A stretch of 62,499 bases of DNA, counting the filler. It is 7 parts of 7 records of this genome, joined end to end, with 100 filler letters (N's around TTAATTAATTAA, not from the genome) between each part and the next. Parts side by side here need not be neighbours in the genome. Positions count along the whole stretch, not along the records: positions 1 to 12,789 come from SRR7504441_12; positions 12,890 to 24,616 come from SRR7504441_17; 5 more parts are not named here. One strand, 5' to 3'. Positions 12,201-24,716 of this stretch are shown here, one piece after another. The notes beneath the pieces are model-generated. The model ran no database searches, was not told where the DNA came from, and saw nothing but the letters and a program-made list of their open reading frames with translations. Positions within the stretch are counted from its first letter, which is position 1; each line of letters starts with the position of its first letter. Position numbers and translations under genes: made by a program.

Positions 12201-12598
12201 TGGGCCAGGCTAAGCGGGCGCTGCAGGTGGCGCTGGCTCAGCTGCTGTTACTTGGGCATGAGCTTGCCCCGAGCGTGCAAGTGGCTGTCCCCAAGATGGT
12301 CGAGGCAATTCGCTGGCTGAAAGGGACAATCAAGTCGGCGGAGCAGCTCGGTGGGCAGGATAACGACGAGGATGAGGACGAAGAGGAGGAGGACCTCGAT
12401 GACGATGCTGATGGCGGTGAGGAGGAGGAGGAGGAGGGAGATGCTGACGGTGATAGAATTAAGCACTTCCGCGAGTATGAAGAGATTGATCTCGAGAGGT
12501 TCATGGACGACGACGAGCCGATAGAGTTGCCGATCAACAAACTCGATCTGGACCAAATGCTAGCCCAAGTCTCCGCTCTGTATGGGCATAGCCCGTAG
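9233..12598 (+). CDS. Importin-beta family HEAT-repeat protein, importin-7/8-like; about 10 short introns
   Basis: IBN_N-like start (LAATLSPNKETRVAAEQQLK...RHAAAIYLKHFVDKSW), WWKAKKW, WREDPDEYVR, FIRARAC, PVRVNAA and an acidic C-terminal tract. Confidence 0.88.
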
Positions 12599-12789
12599 TA
12601 GTCCTTGTCTTTCAGTATTTCATCAGTTCAGTGGCGTCAGTTCGACGTGGCCAATTCATTATTATTGATCATAATTAATGTGAATACAACATGGAGCTCC
12701 AAAATCATGAAACCTTTGGTCAGGAGCCTTATTACTAACGTTAGTCAATAGTACGAGCGTACACAATGTCATGATCATGATTGTAATAC

Positions 12790-12889
12790 NNNNNNNNNNN
12801 NNNNNNNNNNNNNNNNNNNNNNNNNNNNNNNNNTTAATTAATTAANNNNNNNNNNNNNNNNNNNNNNNNNNNNNNNNNNNNNNNNNNNN
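12790..12889. other. Artificial contig linker
   Basis: N44-TTAATTAATTAA-N44, which places stops in all six frames. Confidence 0.99.
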
Positions 12890-13163
12890 GGCCCGGTGCC
12901 GGGCGGCACGGGCGTGCCGGGGGCTGCGGGAGGGGTCAGTAGAATTCATTTGTAGATACACCACGCCGGCGTGGTCCGAGCTCTGACCAAGGACTACTCC
13001 ATCCTCATCATCACTCACTGCGGCGCTGCGGGGGAAGAACTAGGGGAAGAACCGTCCCCGTTGGCGTTCTGATAACAGATTGATTAGGTATTCTTTGAAA
13101 TATACAATTGCGTGTTCTGTAATCACAATCCATCTACCGTACTATACAATACTGTATCTCTAT

Positions 13164-15453
13164 CTAGCTCATCGCATTGCTATAGGCCAGCAAATGGCTT
13201 GAGCTCACTTTCACAGTCAGTTTGCTTTTGGTCACCCAGCCAGCAACTGATGCTCGAACATCGTCTTGCAGCTTCGCTCTAAGCACACACGGCCCTTTCG
13301 AAGGCAACTGCGACGAATATGGCACCTGTATACACCAGCTCGCCTACAATGAAACCTAAATGAAACCAAGATCACCTGATCTTTGTTCATTCTGAGTCGC
13401 AAAAGGCTGCCCGGCTCTTTCGTAGCATGCAGTTTGACCTGCGAAATAGCAGCCTGAACAGACACGCCAAAGGTAACCGAACCTGACACAGCAGTTGCTT
13501 GAACGCGGCGGGCTCAAGCTTGATCAGTCTCCCTGGCTTCCAATGGTCTGCCAGCACACCCGAGCACGCGGCAGCCGTCGGCACTAGCTTGCCTGCCTCG
13601 CCTACTGGCAGTTAGCAGAGCAGTGCACGGATCTAGGCATGCCTTGCTCGAAGAGGACCGCTCCCGCGTGTACGATGTTCAGCAGCGGGCGCTCATCTTC
13701 GAAGCCATGCGCATGCACGGCAGGAGGCAGCCACAGTATTCGGTTCATCGCTGAGGACCGTGCCAGCATCGCGCCTTGCCAACACAGCGTCAGCGCCTCT
13801 CACCCCCGGCCTGGTCACCTTTCATGCCGCGCATACTCTTGATGCTCAGTCCGCTCGCCTGCCCAACACGTTCGCCCAGCCGCTGCTGACCCGAACCTTC
13901 GCCGCAGCGCGGGCCGAAGGACCTGCGCCATGCCAGCAACTGAGCTTGCTACGGGTGCGATGCGCAGCTCTGTCGGCCGTAGCCACGGAGGCAGAGCGGA
14001 CAGCAGGCCCCGGGATGGCGGCTCTCTTCCTGAGGAGCGCAACAAAGAAGCCGCCGGTGCCCGAAAGGTGAGGGTACAGCCGCATGCACTTGCTCAAACC
14101 CGCCGGGTGCTCCGGAGGCCATAAACTCTCACAGAACGCGTGACGCTCCTCCGGCGGCACAGCTTGAAGCGAGTCGAACTGCCGGAACTGGTCGTCCAGG
14201 ACAGCCCAGTGTGACAACCCACTGGCTCTCAGCAGCCCCGGCAGCCTTTGGCGGGTGTCGACTAGCTCCAAAGCTCCGCCACACCTTTCTAGCAGCGCGG
14301 CTACCACAGCCTCGTCTTCACTGCAACAGGCCTGGCTCAGCTGCGGCGTCGGATTTGGTGGGACTAGTGGCCACCCTTCTAGTATTGGTTTCTAGCATTA
14401 CTAGTAGTACTGCTTACATTGGGTTGAACGAGCAAGTGGAGTAAACCATCAAGCCTCCCGTCTTAAGGAGAGCAGCTGCCCTCATTGCGATCTGCAACTG
14501 GATATGATGCAGCTTGACGCCAAACTGCCACCCGCTCAGACCAGCGCCGACCAACGCGCACCATTGGATGCCATGTCTTCCACACTTTTGGATCTTTCCT
14601 TAGCGTGCCATCGCCAGAACACGGCACGTCGCATACAATCTTATCATAACAGCCCTCGGGGTACCGTGCCGCGCCCTCCGGCGCCGAGTGCACCACATTC
14701 GGGAGCCTGTGCGCGCTGTGGCAGCACACCAGCGCGTTGGCGGCGGCCGGGCCTAGCTTCTGCAGCCGTGCAGCCAGCATGCAGCACCGCCGCCTGTCCA
14801 AGTCATTTGCAACCTGTCCCCACTCCCGCCCGGCCCACGGAGCCCGCACCACCAGGCCGGTCCTGGCCGTGGGCTGACTGGCCATTGTGTCCAGCAGCTG
14901 CAGCGTCTTGGACCCCGGCGCCGCGCACATATCGGCGACAGCGTCGGTCGGCTGCACATCCAGCAACAGCGCCGGCACCATGCTCGCTAGCTCCTGGCGG
15001 GCCACGCGCCCGGCGGCCGCCTGCTGCCCGAGCCACCGATTAGCCGCCCGGAGCACCGGACCCCCGTGCCGGTCGGCCAGCTGGTTCCGGTCGCAGCCCA
15101 GCTCCCAAGCCCCGCCCCAGCCCACTGGCCGCGGCGGGTCGAGCCCGGCTTCCGCCCAAGCCCAGGCCGGGGGCAGCTCGGCCGCGGGGTCAGGCGGCGG
15201 GACTCCGGACGACTGGTTGAGCCGGAAGGTTACTGGGAGCGGCCACCGGAGCGCGGCCAGGCAGAGAGACCACTCGTCCCAGGGCAGCACAGGCTGCAGC
15301 GCGTAGTACCTGGGCCGGCCTGTGAGCCCACACCGGCCTGGGGACCGACCGCTCGAAGTCTGAGGCCGGCCGGTGGGGCGTGCTCGCGGGACCCGGGTCC
15401 AGTCGCCGGCGCTTGGCCCGAGTGAGGCTGCGAGACCGAGCTCTCTTCCCCAT
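13164..15453 (-). CDS. RsmB/NOP2/NSUN family RNA m5C methyltransferase (NSUN2/Trm4-like); several introns
   Basis: Motifs RQELASMVPALLLDVQP..VADMCAAPGSKTLQL, ANDLD, DKIVCDVPCSGDGTLRK, MVYSTCSFNP-EDEAVV and RLYPH..TGGFFVALL. Confidence 0.9.
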
Positions 15454-15671
15454 GTCCGGCACGGCAACCCGGCTGGTTGGGTGGAAAAGCAACGGCACGG
15501 GAGCGGCGTAGCAGCGGCGAAGTACACACGAGGCTAGGCAAGGTGAGCATGTCCGCCCAGCCACGGATACATCGGAATAATACTACGCGGCTTCATTTAA
15601 TTCGGAGTCAGACGAATCAGTTGCTGTTGTCATCCTCCGCAAAGTGCCGGCTATACAGGTAGCATCGTTGT

Positions 15672-18600
15672 CTACCGTACAGCCAGCTCCTCGGTCGGTT
15701 TGTCTCGTAGCTGCAGCATCATAGGTTCCAGCATAGCATTGAATGCGTCGTCTGCGCACATAACCTCGCTTTCTTCGTGATAATCTCGGCGATGCATATC
15801 ATCATACATCGCCACAGCCTGCAACACAATTTCGATGAAGCCACATTTCAGCCAAGGAATTGGCTATGGCGATCCCTTATATACTATCAAGTACATACCC
15901 AAGTGAAGAACTCGTCCCTAGTTGCGGCATCCTGCTCCCCAAACAATTCTAGATGGCAATCCTCCATGCAGCTCTCGAGATATTCAGTCATCTCCTCTTC
16001 CTCAAAGTCCTCTGGACAATCCCTCCGCATCTCAGTTTCAAGCGTTTTCTGTACTGCCAGTCAGCCTTGCTATGGAGTTAGTTCGGATACCACAATCAGG
16101 TCCACAAACTTCTCGACTCCAAACGATCCATCGCCCTCTGTGTCAAGTAGTTCAAACACCTTGAGCGCCAACTCCCGCTGGTCTGCCAGCAAGCACAATC
16201 ACACAGGGGCCCCTGCGTAGGCAAGGTGGTCGCCTTCGGGCAGTCGCTCCGAGTCGTCTGCTAACCATTCATTGCCTTGTTTCCGTGCCTGTGTCGCGCT
16301 TTCTTCGTTGTCGTCCAGGAAAAGCACGGATACCTTCACTGCTCTCTTCCGAAGAGCGCGCAAGGAGCTTCTGAGTTCAGACATTGACTGGTCCGGGCAC
16401 TGGTCGTTTGCGAACCTAACAACACCCAAGGCCTTCTCTGTGTTCCACACTTCGCCATCAAATGCGTGTGGTCCATGGAATAACTGGTACGCCCAGTCGC
16501 GCGAGCAATGGCCATACTGGAATGTCAGGTTCAAGTGTTGGAGATGTTCAAGTGACTCTAGCCATTCTCCTAGCTTGTCTAACTCCACTAGCGGGCACTG
16601 AGCAAATGTCAGCCCAACCTCTCGCAGGGAACGACTTTCTTGCAGTCTGCTTGTCAGCTTGAGCAGGTCCAAATCAGGAATTTCCTGATCAGCTACAGGC
16701 CGGCCTTCGGAATTGCGTATAGGTTCCATCGGCACGATCTTTAGAGCAATACTTTTCAGTGCTGTCAGCTGCTTTAACAGCTGGCCCAAATGTTGGCATG
16801 AATTGTCGTAATTTGTCCAATGCAGACAGAGCTGCTCTAGACTAGGCAAAGGTTGCATTGGTACCGGAATCGCGACGTTGCAATCGCAACCCGTAGGCAG
16901 TATGTCTTGCTGGTTGTCGATAGAACTTGCAGTATATCTACCAACATCATACAGGCGCAGTTCAAGCTGCCGCAGCCCCCCCAAAGCCTCGAGCGTTGCT
17001 CGCAGGGGTCCCAAATCCTTCAGATCGCTGCAAACACTGAAGTCGAGCTTCAAACTTGACAACTCTTGTAGGTGCTGGAGCGATGAACACAGCGGAGAGA
17101 TGTCAGATAGGCCGGGCTGATAACCAGTTTCGTTACCATCCTCATCAAAAGTTTCGCTTCCACCGCAGCCAGCAAAGCTCAGCCTCAGATGTTCTAGTTC
17201 TGTGAGCGCTTGGAGGGACTGGCCAAGTGTTGACAGGTCTGTCAACGGGCTGTTATCCAGGACTAGTTCGAGATGCTGCAGCTGCGTCAGTTCTGCCAGC
17301 GAGCCGAGGAACTTGTCCGGATTCCAAGACGGAGGATAGGATGGGAATTTCAAGCTGAGATTAAGATACCGAAGCTTCGTTTGTGAGCGCAGCCCAGCAG
17401 CCAGCCCTCCGATGTCTTGTGGGTATAACTTGTCATCAAATATCCCTGACAAGTCGAGCTCAAGATGCTCCAATCCTGTCCAATCCTGTACCAAGGTGGT
17501 CAGTGGTGATAACCGTCCCTCGGGTGGCGCGTCTCGCAGCGGCGCACCAAGAGGCACTTCCGTAAACCCCCTGAACATCAGTGTCAGGCGCTTCAATGTC
17601 GTCGATCGGTGCTTCTCGAGTGCCGAGCAAATATCAGCCAAGCTTCGCAGTTTAGACAAGCCAGATTGCGAGAAGTTGAGCTCAAGAGCAGCACGCGTTT
17701 CCTCTATTGGCAACAACTCCAAGATTTCCTGCAGCCCCAACCTTTTATCAGCATGCTGCGCGCATGTTAAGAAAACTGTGTCACCACTCCCCAGCTGCGA
17801 TATGAGCCGCACTTCAAATCGACCCTCATAGCTGCGTCCAAGCACATGGTGTGCAGCAGCCGATCGACCTGCAGGCAGGTGCATTCACTGTGACAGCACT
17901 CGACGCCACACAACTTGCCTCGTCGTATTTCGGATGTTCTTCAAATGGTTCAGCAGCATCAAGCTCTGACACATCCACTCCGCAAATTGAATTGAGGATT
18001 CGCCGTCGATCCTGTTCCCAAGAGGCTTGCCCGTCGGTAACGCTTCCACCAGCTCCGTGCAGGAGGAGCTCCACGTTGAATCCTCCTTCGCTTTCCAAGC
18101 CTTGCGCCACCACTTGCGGCTCATGAAGTGCTGTCACATCTCCGGTTTGCTGACCCAATTCATCCATCAATACTTTCTCGTGGTGCTGCCCTGCAATCGA
18201 CGCCATCCCATAATGTCCCATGGCAAAATCAAACTTGAGCCTTCGTTGTCCCGATGAATCTTTCGCCAACATACACATAGCCATCTCGAAGCTGCAGGGC
18301 ACATACATCTTAGAGCCGAGGCTTTACTTGGCACGGACCAGCACCAAATGCGTGTGAAAGGCGTCGCACGGTTGTCCAGCACCAGCAGCACCCCTGGAAT
18401 TCAAAAAGTATCTCTAAGGCGACACACATGCACTGCAGGCCATACCTTCGCATGTGAGCAGAGCCTTCGCAAAGGAAGTCTGGGTAGGATCGATGCTGAT
18501 GTCGCCCCCTAGCTGATGTTGATTGTTGGCATCTGCAATACAGCAGCACTCAGGGTTAAATCCGGCAGCAGCACTCACATGCACAGATCCAGTAAGCAGT

Positions 18601-20894
18601 GGTGGCGCGCTGCGAATCCCCGTGGAGTGCTCGAGTCTGTGCCTGTTCCTCCAGCGCTGCGATGAAGGCAAACACAGGTTCGCCCCACCTTGGCCCACAG
18701 TCTCAAGCACATGCCGGACTGTCTCGTACCAGTGGGAACAAAACCAGTTTGGTTGCTGGACGAGTGGATCCGCATTGCAAACCAACTCAACATAGCTACA
18801 CTGAAAGCCTTCTGTACTCGGCCTGATGATCCAGGAGTCGACCTGACAACACCAAGCTAATTGGTGCTTGCGGGGCTCGATGGGCCACCTGGTAGAGATT
18901 TATTGTATGGCAATTCAAGCGCTGACCGGATGTACCTGAGTACTTGGCTGGCGCTAGGTCGGTCCAGCCCTCCAGCCACCCCATATGCGAACTATTCCTC
19001 TTGATGAACTTACGAAGCTGGTTCAACTGCGGCATTGTAATACCTCGGTTCGCAGCACCTTCGATCCACGTACAATCTGTACCCAACGCAGAGAATTCGA
19101 GATCTTGCGGCTGAATGGGAGCCACAGGGCCACAAAAGCCGCAAAAGGCCAGGAATTCCTGCGGGCTGCGAAACGGCTGCCTGTCATTGACCATGAGCTT
19201 GCCCAATTGTGCGCATCCTGTGAAATTGATTTTGAGACTGGTCAACTGTGCCATTGCAGCTACAGCCGCCGCTAGAGCGGGGACAGAGACGGCCAGGAGA
19301 CGAATGCATGCACTGAAATTGAGATCGAGCAGCCAGACATTTTCTAACAGTCCCAGAACTTGCGTTAGTGGCGTGATGTCTGACAGCGCAGTACAGGCCA
19401 AGAACTTGATTGAAAGTGAGTTCAAACTACCTGCGAGCGCTTTGAGTGATGCCCCCAGCATAGCTGTATCAGACAGCATGTAGTCATTCGCAAAGCTGAG
19501 CTTTAGAATTCTGAGGTTGCAATACTGCAGTGACGACAACAACAGCTCCTGTGAAGCCGTGATCCCTCTGATACCCAGCAGCTGCTGGTCAGTTGGTTCG
19601 TGGCATTCTTTGCCGGGCTCGACTGCGCCAAGGGGTGCACCCACACCAGCCAGCTTGAGAGTCAGATTATCCAACGCCTTGAGCTGGGACAGAGACTTCC
19701 CGAAGACTTCCAGGTCCACCAGTGCTCCGCAGGACCTCACATCAACTGTGAGAGACGCCAGAGACTCGAACAAGGGCAGTGCCGCCCCTAGCATGGCGAT
19801 GTCCGTGAGCACAGAGCAGCCTCCAAATATGACCTGAAGATGCCGAAGATTTGGAAGCTCTTCAAGTTGATCCCATTCCATATAACTTGAGTACTGCGTA
19901 TTCGTACGAAGGAGCTGCAGCAGATCGAACACAGCCTCTGGGCTGCGACCGGCCTTGCCGAAGTTGACCTCCAGTGCTTCGTACCCAGTTCTATCCAGCT
20001 TGGAGGGGAATTCTACCATTGAACGGTCAAACTTGAGCCGCAGGCCGTCTCCCTCACGGTCCCATGGGCACATTTCGATCTCGAATCGGTGTGATCCATC
20101 TGAATCGCAGCTTCCATCAGAATTATAGCCGTCTGATGGGCTCTCATCGGCTCGACCAGCTCGATCAGCGTCCGGCCAGCTGAACGGGGTGGCCTTGATC
20201 ACCTCCGAGAGCTCCTCCTCCTCTTCCGGGTGCCAGCTGCACAGCTCTTCCTCCTGCTCCGGGCTAGAGTCTGAAAGCTCCTCCTCCGACCGCGCTTCCT
20301 CTGCAGAGTCACAGTCAGCGGAAGGGGCGCAAACACAAGCAACTGGCTCCGGACCACAAGCCCAGTGCTGGCTCCGGATCCCAAGCAACTGGCGCACTAG
20401 CTCCAGCGTCGCCTCCTGCCGCTCCCTGAGCGCCTCGCCGGCGTCCTCTGGCGCTTCGGCTGGCTGGTCGAGCAGCCGGAGCATCAACGGCCCCAGCGGC
20501 TCACACCCGGCCATCCCGAACCTGCACCGCCGCTCAGCCGCACCCCACTGAGATCGGTTACCGATCCCAGAAGCCCCCGCGCACCACCACCCGAACAAAG
20601 TCGCTGAAACTCATGCTCTGATCCCCGAAGGCCGCCACCAGCCGGCCCGCCGCCCGGCGCACATTCGGATCCCTACCCACCCCGGGGATAGCCTCTGTGA
20701 AGACTCGGACCAGGCCCTCGAGATCTGCCTCGCCGCTCGCCGCCGCGGGCCGACTGCACGTCACCGAGTCTGGCGTCGATGGCCCAGTAACACTCCAGCG
20801 AGGCGAGCGCCGCGCAGGCTGCCGGCTCCGACTCGCCGGCTCGGAGGAGCGCGATCCACCGCGCAGCTTGAGGCTCGGTCGCAGCTGCAGCCAT
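15672..20894 (-). CDS. LRR - HET/TIR-like domain - LRR - EF-hand protein; about 12 introns
   Basis: Two LRR blocks (LxxLxLxFxxCxxLxD). The spliced central domain reads WFCSHWWGEP...YWICAYANNQH...SFAKAL...VLLVLD..ATPFTRIWCCFE. C-terminal EF-hand-like FELLDTEGDGSFGVEKF. Confidence 0.75.
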
Positions 20895-21151
20895 GGCGAC
20901 GCAGATCTGCAAATGCACAGCGCGTCTGTCTCATCCGGTCATCCCGAATGACCCCAGTCTGCCTCTCTGTCTGTCTGTACTATAGCTTCTAACGGAAGCG
21001 GCTCACACGTCGTACCTCCCAGTGAGCCCAGGGATCATCGCCAATCCGGGGGTCATTTTCGAAGGTGTCCAGGAGCAGACTGGACTAGCTGAAACAGTAC
21101 AATACCAGTAGTTTAAAACCCCCAAGCCTAAACGCAGCATGCTTAATTAAA

Positions 21152-21949
21152 TCAATCGAACTTGCTCGGAAACATGAACGGGGCCAGCTCGACCCTCGCC
21201 TTGTCCAGCAGGAAGGCCGCCGCAATCTGCCGGAACAGCCTCCAGGGCACCCCGGAGTACATACCCCTCAGCCCGCGCTCGCGCCAGATGGCGGCTGCAG
21301 TCTCCGAAGTCGACTTGTATTGCACTCTTTCGATGTCGCCCTGCATGCAGGTCTTGATGGTGTCAAATGGGTGGCTCAGGTAGCACCCAAAGAACCCTGC
21401 AGCGATGGCCGCCGGCACCCGGGCGCCGTCCTCGCTCATGCCGTACGATTCGACGAACCCCTCCCTCACAGCAGGGGCAACCCCTAGATACCCCGCGCAG
21501 TACACGCCCTCGCGCATGGCTGTCATGAACGTACCCCTAAACAGCGTGCTCGGGCCGGCCGCGATCAGGCTGCCCATGGTGCCCGGCATCGAGCCGCCTT
21601 TCCGTTGCTGCTGGATCATCACAAGCTCCAGCGGCGAGCACACCACGGCCGAGGTGAACCCAGCCGCGAACCCAGCGGCCAACTGCTCGTGCGGGGCGAG
21701 TGGCCGGAGCTTGCCCCCGGTGATGGCCTTTTTGACGTAGCCGTTGGCGAAGAACTGGAAGCCTGTGGCTACGCCCATGTTGCTCACATTAGCCAGGTAG
21801 CCCCGGTAGAGCGTGGCCGGGTTGATGGTCCAGGGTAGGCCCTGCTGGGCCGCGTTCTTCCAGTAGTTGGCCGACTGCAGCAGCGACACCTCGATCACCC
21901 CCGCCGCCACCCCGAGCAGCGTGTTCTCCACCTCAGTCAGGTTCTGCAT
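21152..21949 (-). CDS. Mitochondrial carrier protein (SLC25 family), intronless
   Basis: Carrier signatures SPLELVMIQQQ and HPFDTIKTCMQ, plus LYRGY / LFRG / MYSG repeats. Confidence 0.93.
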   Translation of the reverse strand: MQNLTEVENTLLGVAAGVIEVSLLQSANYWKNAAQQGLPWTINPATLYRGYLANVSNMGVATGFQFFANGYVKKAITGGKLRPLAPHEQLAAGFAAGFTSAVVCSPLELVMIQQQRKGGSMPGTMGSLIAAGPSTLFRGTFMTAMREGVYCAGYLGVAPAVREGFVESYGMSEDGARVPAAIAAGFFGCYLSHPFDTIKTCMQGDIERVQYKSTSETAAAIWRERGLRGMYSGVPWRLFRQIAAAFLLDKARVELAPFMFPSKFD

Positions 21950-22009
21950 GACTCCTCCCACGACGCTGCGAGCTCACCGGCCGCGGCCGGAAAAAAAGCC
22001 AGCTGCAAC

Positions 22010-24513
22010 ATGAGAGGCTGGTCGCTCGGGCTGTGCTGCCTTGCCTGGTCCGCGGCGGCGGCGGTCGACCGGAGGGCTGTGGTGGCGCGTTACACAGTCC
22101 GGCTCGCGGGGATCGGCGCAGCGGCTGGCAGCGGCCCAGGAGCGGCTCCGCTCACACTGACGGTGGGGAACGGATGCCTGGGCTTCAACGCCGACGTCAC
22201 CGGGCTGCAGTCGCTCAACAGCACGTACAAGACCTTCCCGCTCACCACGCTCAGTGACTGGGGCTGGCACTCGGCGCCACCCCCGGACCCCAGCCCGTTC
22301 GATACGTTCAAATACACCCAGTTTGGTACCACCAATGGCCCCGTCCCGTATCCGCTGGACAGCAGCGGGGCCAACATGTGGCTGAGGGAGAACCCTCACC
22401 GGCTCGACCTGATCCAGGTGGCGCTCCGGCTGGCGCACGCACCGCACACCCCGCTGTTGCCAACCGACCTTGCCGCTGGGGCTGGGGCGGGCCAATCGCT
22501 CGATCCTTACACAGGCCGGATCTACTCGAGCTTCGTGCTGCGCGACACAGCCGTGAGCACGCAGACCACAGTCATGATGGACGCGGACGTGATCGCGTGG
22601 CGGCTCCAGAGCCGGCTGATCGGCCGTGCTGCTGCTGGTATCTGGATGGCTTTCCCGTACGGCTCAGGAGAGTCAAACGGCCCCGGTCATGACTGGCTCA
22701 AGGACTCGGCACACAGCACCTCGGTGGTCCGATCCGGGTCCGATTTTGTGCTGCTGCGGCGTACGCTTGATCGAGATGCTAACGAGGTGCTGTGCCGGTG
22801 GAGCGACGGTCGGCTCAGCTTTGACCGCACGGGGCCGCACTCCTTCTTTTTATACTATGCAAACGGCACTAATCAGGCTGCGGACACTGTTGAGCTGTCC
22901 TGCCTGGTCGCCCCACCCAATGCCCAGTACCCAGTCGGGGCTTCGGCCGAGTGGTTGCAGCGCAAGAGCCAACTAACACGCGGCTACCTCAGCCTCCTGC
23001 AGCCACTGCCACTGTTCGACAGTGCAGCTGCAAATGCGGCAGAAGGCTGGGCTGGCTTTTGGAACTCGGGTGCTTTCGTGGACCTGGCGGGGCGTACGGA
23101 CGATCCTCGGGCACGCGAACTTGAGCGGCGAGCGATCCTCAGTCAGTTTTTGACCCGATCTCAGTCGGCGTGCTCGACTCCTCCGCAAGAGACAGGGTAT
23201 ACGCTCAACAGCTGGTATGGCAAGCACCATCACGAGATGCGCTGGTGGCACCAGGCTCACTTTGCGCTCTGGCAGCGGCCGGAGCTGCTCCAGCGCTCTG
23301 ATGACTGGTTCGTCGCCATGCTAGAGGTGCCCGCCATGCCCAAACCCGGTCATGACCCAGTCGTGCTGGCAGAATGCGTCCGCATACGCGGATTTCCAAG
23401 GCTACAGAGGCGCAAGGTGGCCCAAAATGGTCGGCCCCGCAACAACGGCTATTAGCAACCCTCCAATGGCGCCAGGCTTCTCAGCTCCCGCCGTCGGCCC
23501 TGAGCAACGCTCCTCGCCACCGTACTCGAACAGTAGTTGGCCACTGCTTTATTGGACTGGGCCTAGTGGCACGGGGCCGATGCTGATCTGGCAGCAACCG
23601 CACATCATTTGGATGTCAGAACTGCAGCGGCTACACGCTCCGACGCCAGCCGCTGCCGCCGAGGTGGAGGCTCGCATGTCGGCCGTTGTTGAAGCTACTG
23701 CTGACTTCATGAGTGATTACGCCTCGGTGCCGCCTGTCCAAGCGAACCAGTCTGAGCTATGGCTTGGGCCGCCTGTGGATGGCGGTGAAGAGGGCAACCC
23801 GCCAGCACAGACCTGGAACCCAACGTTTGAGCTGACTTACTGGAGGCTTGGGCTCAAGATTGCGACCGAGTGGAGGGCAAGGGCTGGGCTGGATCCCAAG
23901 CCGGAGTACGCTGACGTGCTTGCCAGGCTGGCGAAGCCGACTGTGCTGCCCCTGAAGAAGGACGGCTTGACCGCCTATGGTATCAACGCCAACTGTGACG
24001 GGTTTCCTACCATGGAAGGCAATGGTAAGCACAAGTGCAGCGGTGCGTATCAGTCGCACCCTCTGATGCTAGGGGCACTCGGGATGATCAACGGGGCGGC
24101 TGTGGACCCCGCAATCGACAGAGCGATCATGAACACAACGGTTCAGATAAGCATCGACGGCTGGCAGTGGGAGAGCACATGGGGGTGGGACTATCCGCTC
24201 TGGGCCTTTGCAATGATGAGATTAGGTGCTCCCATTGCTGTTAGCGCCTTGCCGTGACTATCGCTGTGCAGGCTGGAATAGCGAAGCGGTGGTCGATATG
24301 CTGCTGCGTAACGAGACCAAGAACTATTACTTTGCCAACGGGCACGACTACGAGACCCCGAGCTTGCCTTGCTACCTGCCCGGGAATGGCGGTCTGCTCT
24401 CGGCCATAGCGATGATGGCTGGCGGCTTCTTGGATGGCCGCGGAGAGCACAAGCCTGTAGGTTTCCCTAGTTCGTGGAATGCCCAAGTCGAAGGCTTCAA
24501 GCCGTATCCTTGA
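22010..24513 (+). CDS. Secreted six-hairpin (alpha/alpha)6 glycosidase-like protein; 2 introns (23327-23372, ~24225-24271)
   Basis: Signal peptide, then VGNG..GFNADVTGLQS, WLRENPHRLDL, ELERRAILSQF, PPQETG..NSWYGKHHHEM.WWH, GARWPKM, WQQPH, NPTFELTYW, WGWDYP and YLPGNGGLL. Confidence 0.8.
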
Positions 24514-24616
24514 TATCATTGATCGTCAGATTATATAGAGCTCTATAAAGTATCGGCCGCCCATGAATTAATAAGGATACGGCTTGCACCGGCTAGGGGG
24601 GTTTAGTCTCGCCTCG

Positions 24617-24716
24617 NNNNNNNNNNNNNNNNNNNNNNNNNNNNNNNNNNNNNNNNNNNNTTAATTAATTAANNNNNNNNNNNNNNNNNNNNNNNNNNNN
24701 NNNNNNNNNNNNNNNN
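24617..24716. other. Artificial contig linker
   Basis: N44-TTAATTAATTAA-N44. Confidence 0.99.

Noticed and set aside
12890-13073. Contig-edge fragments (also 49253-49387) as ncRNAs
   Set aside because: They read more simply as terminal exons of truncated genes and are too short to assign.
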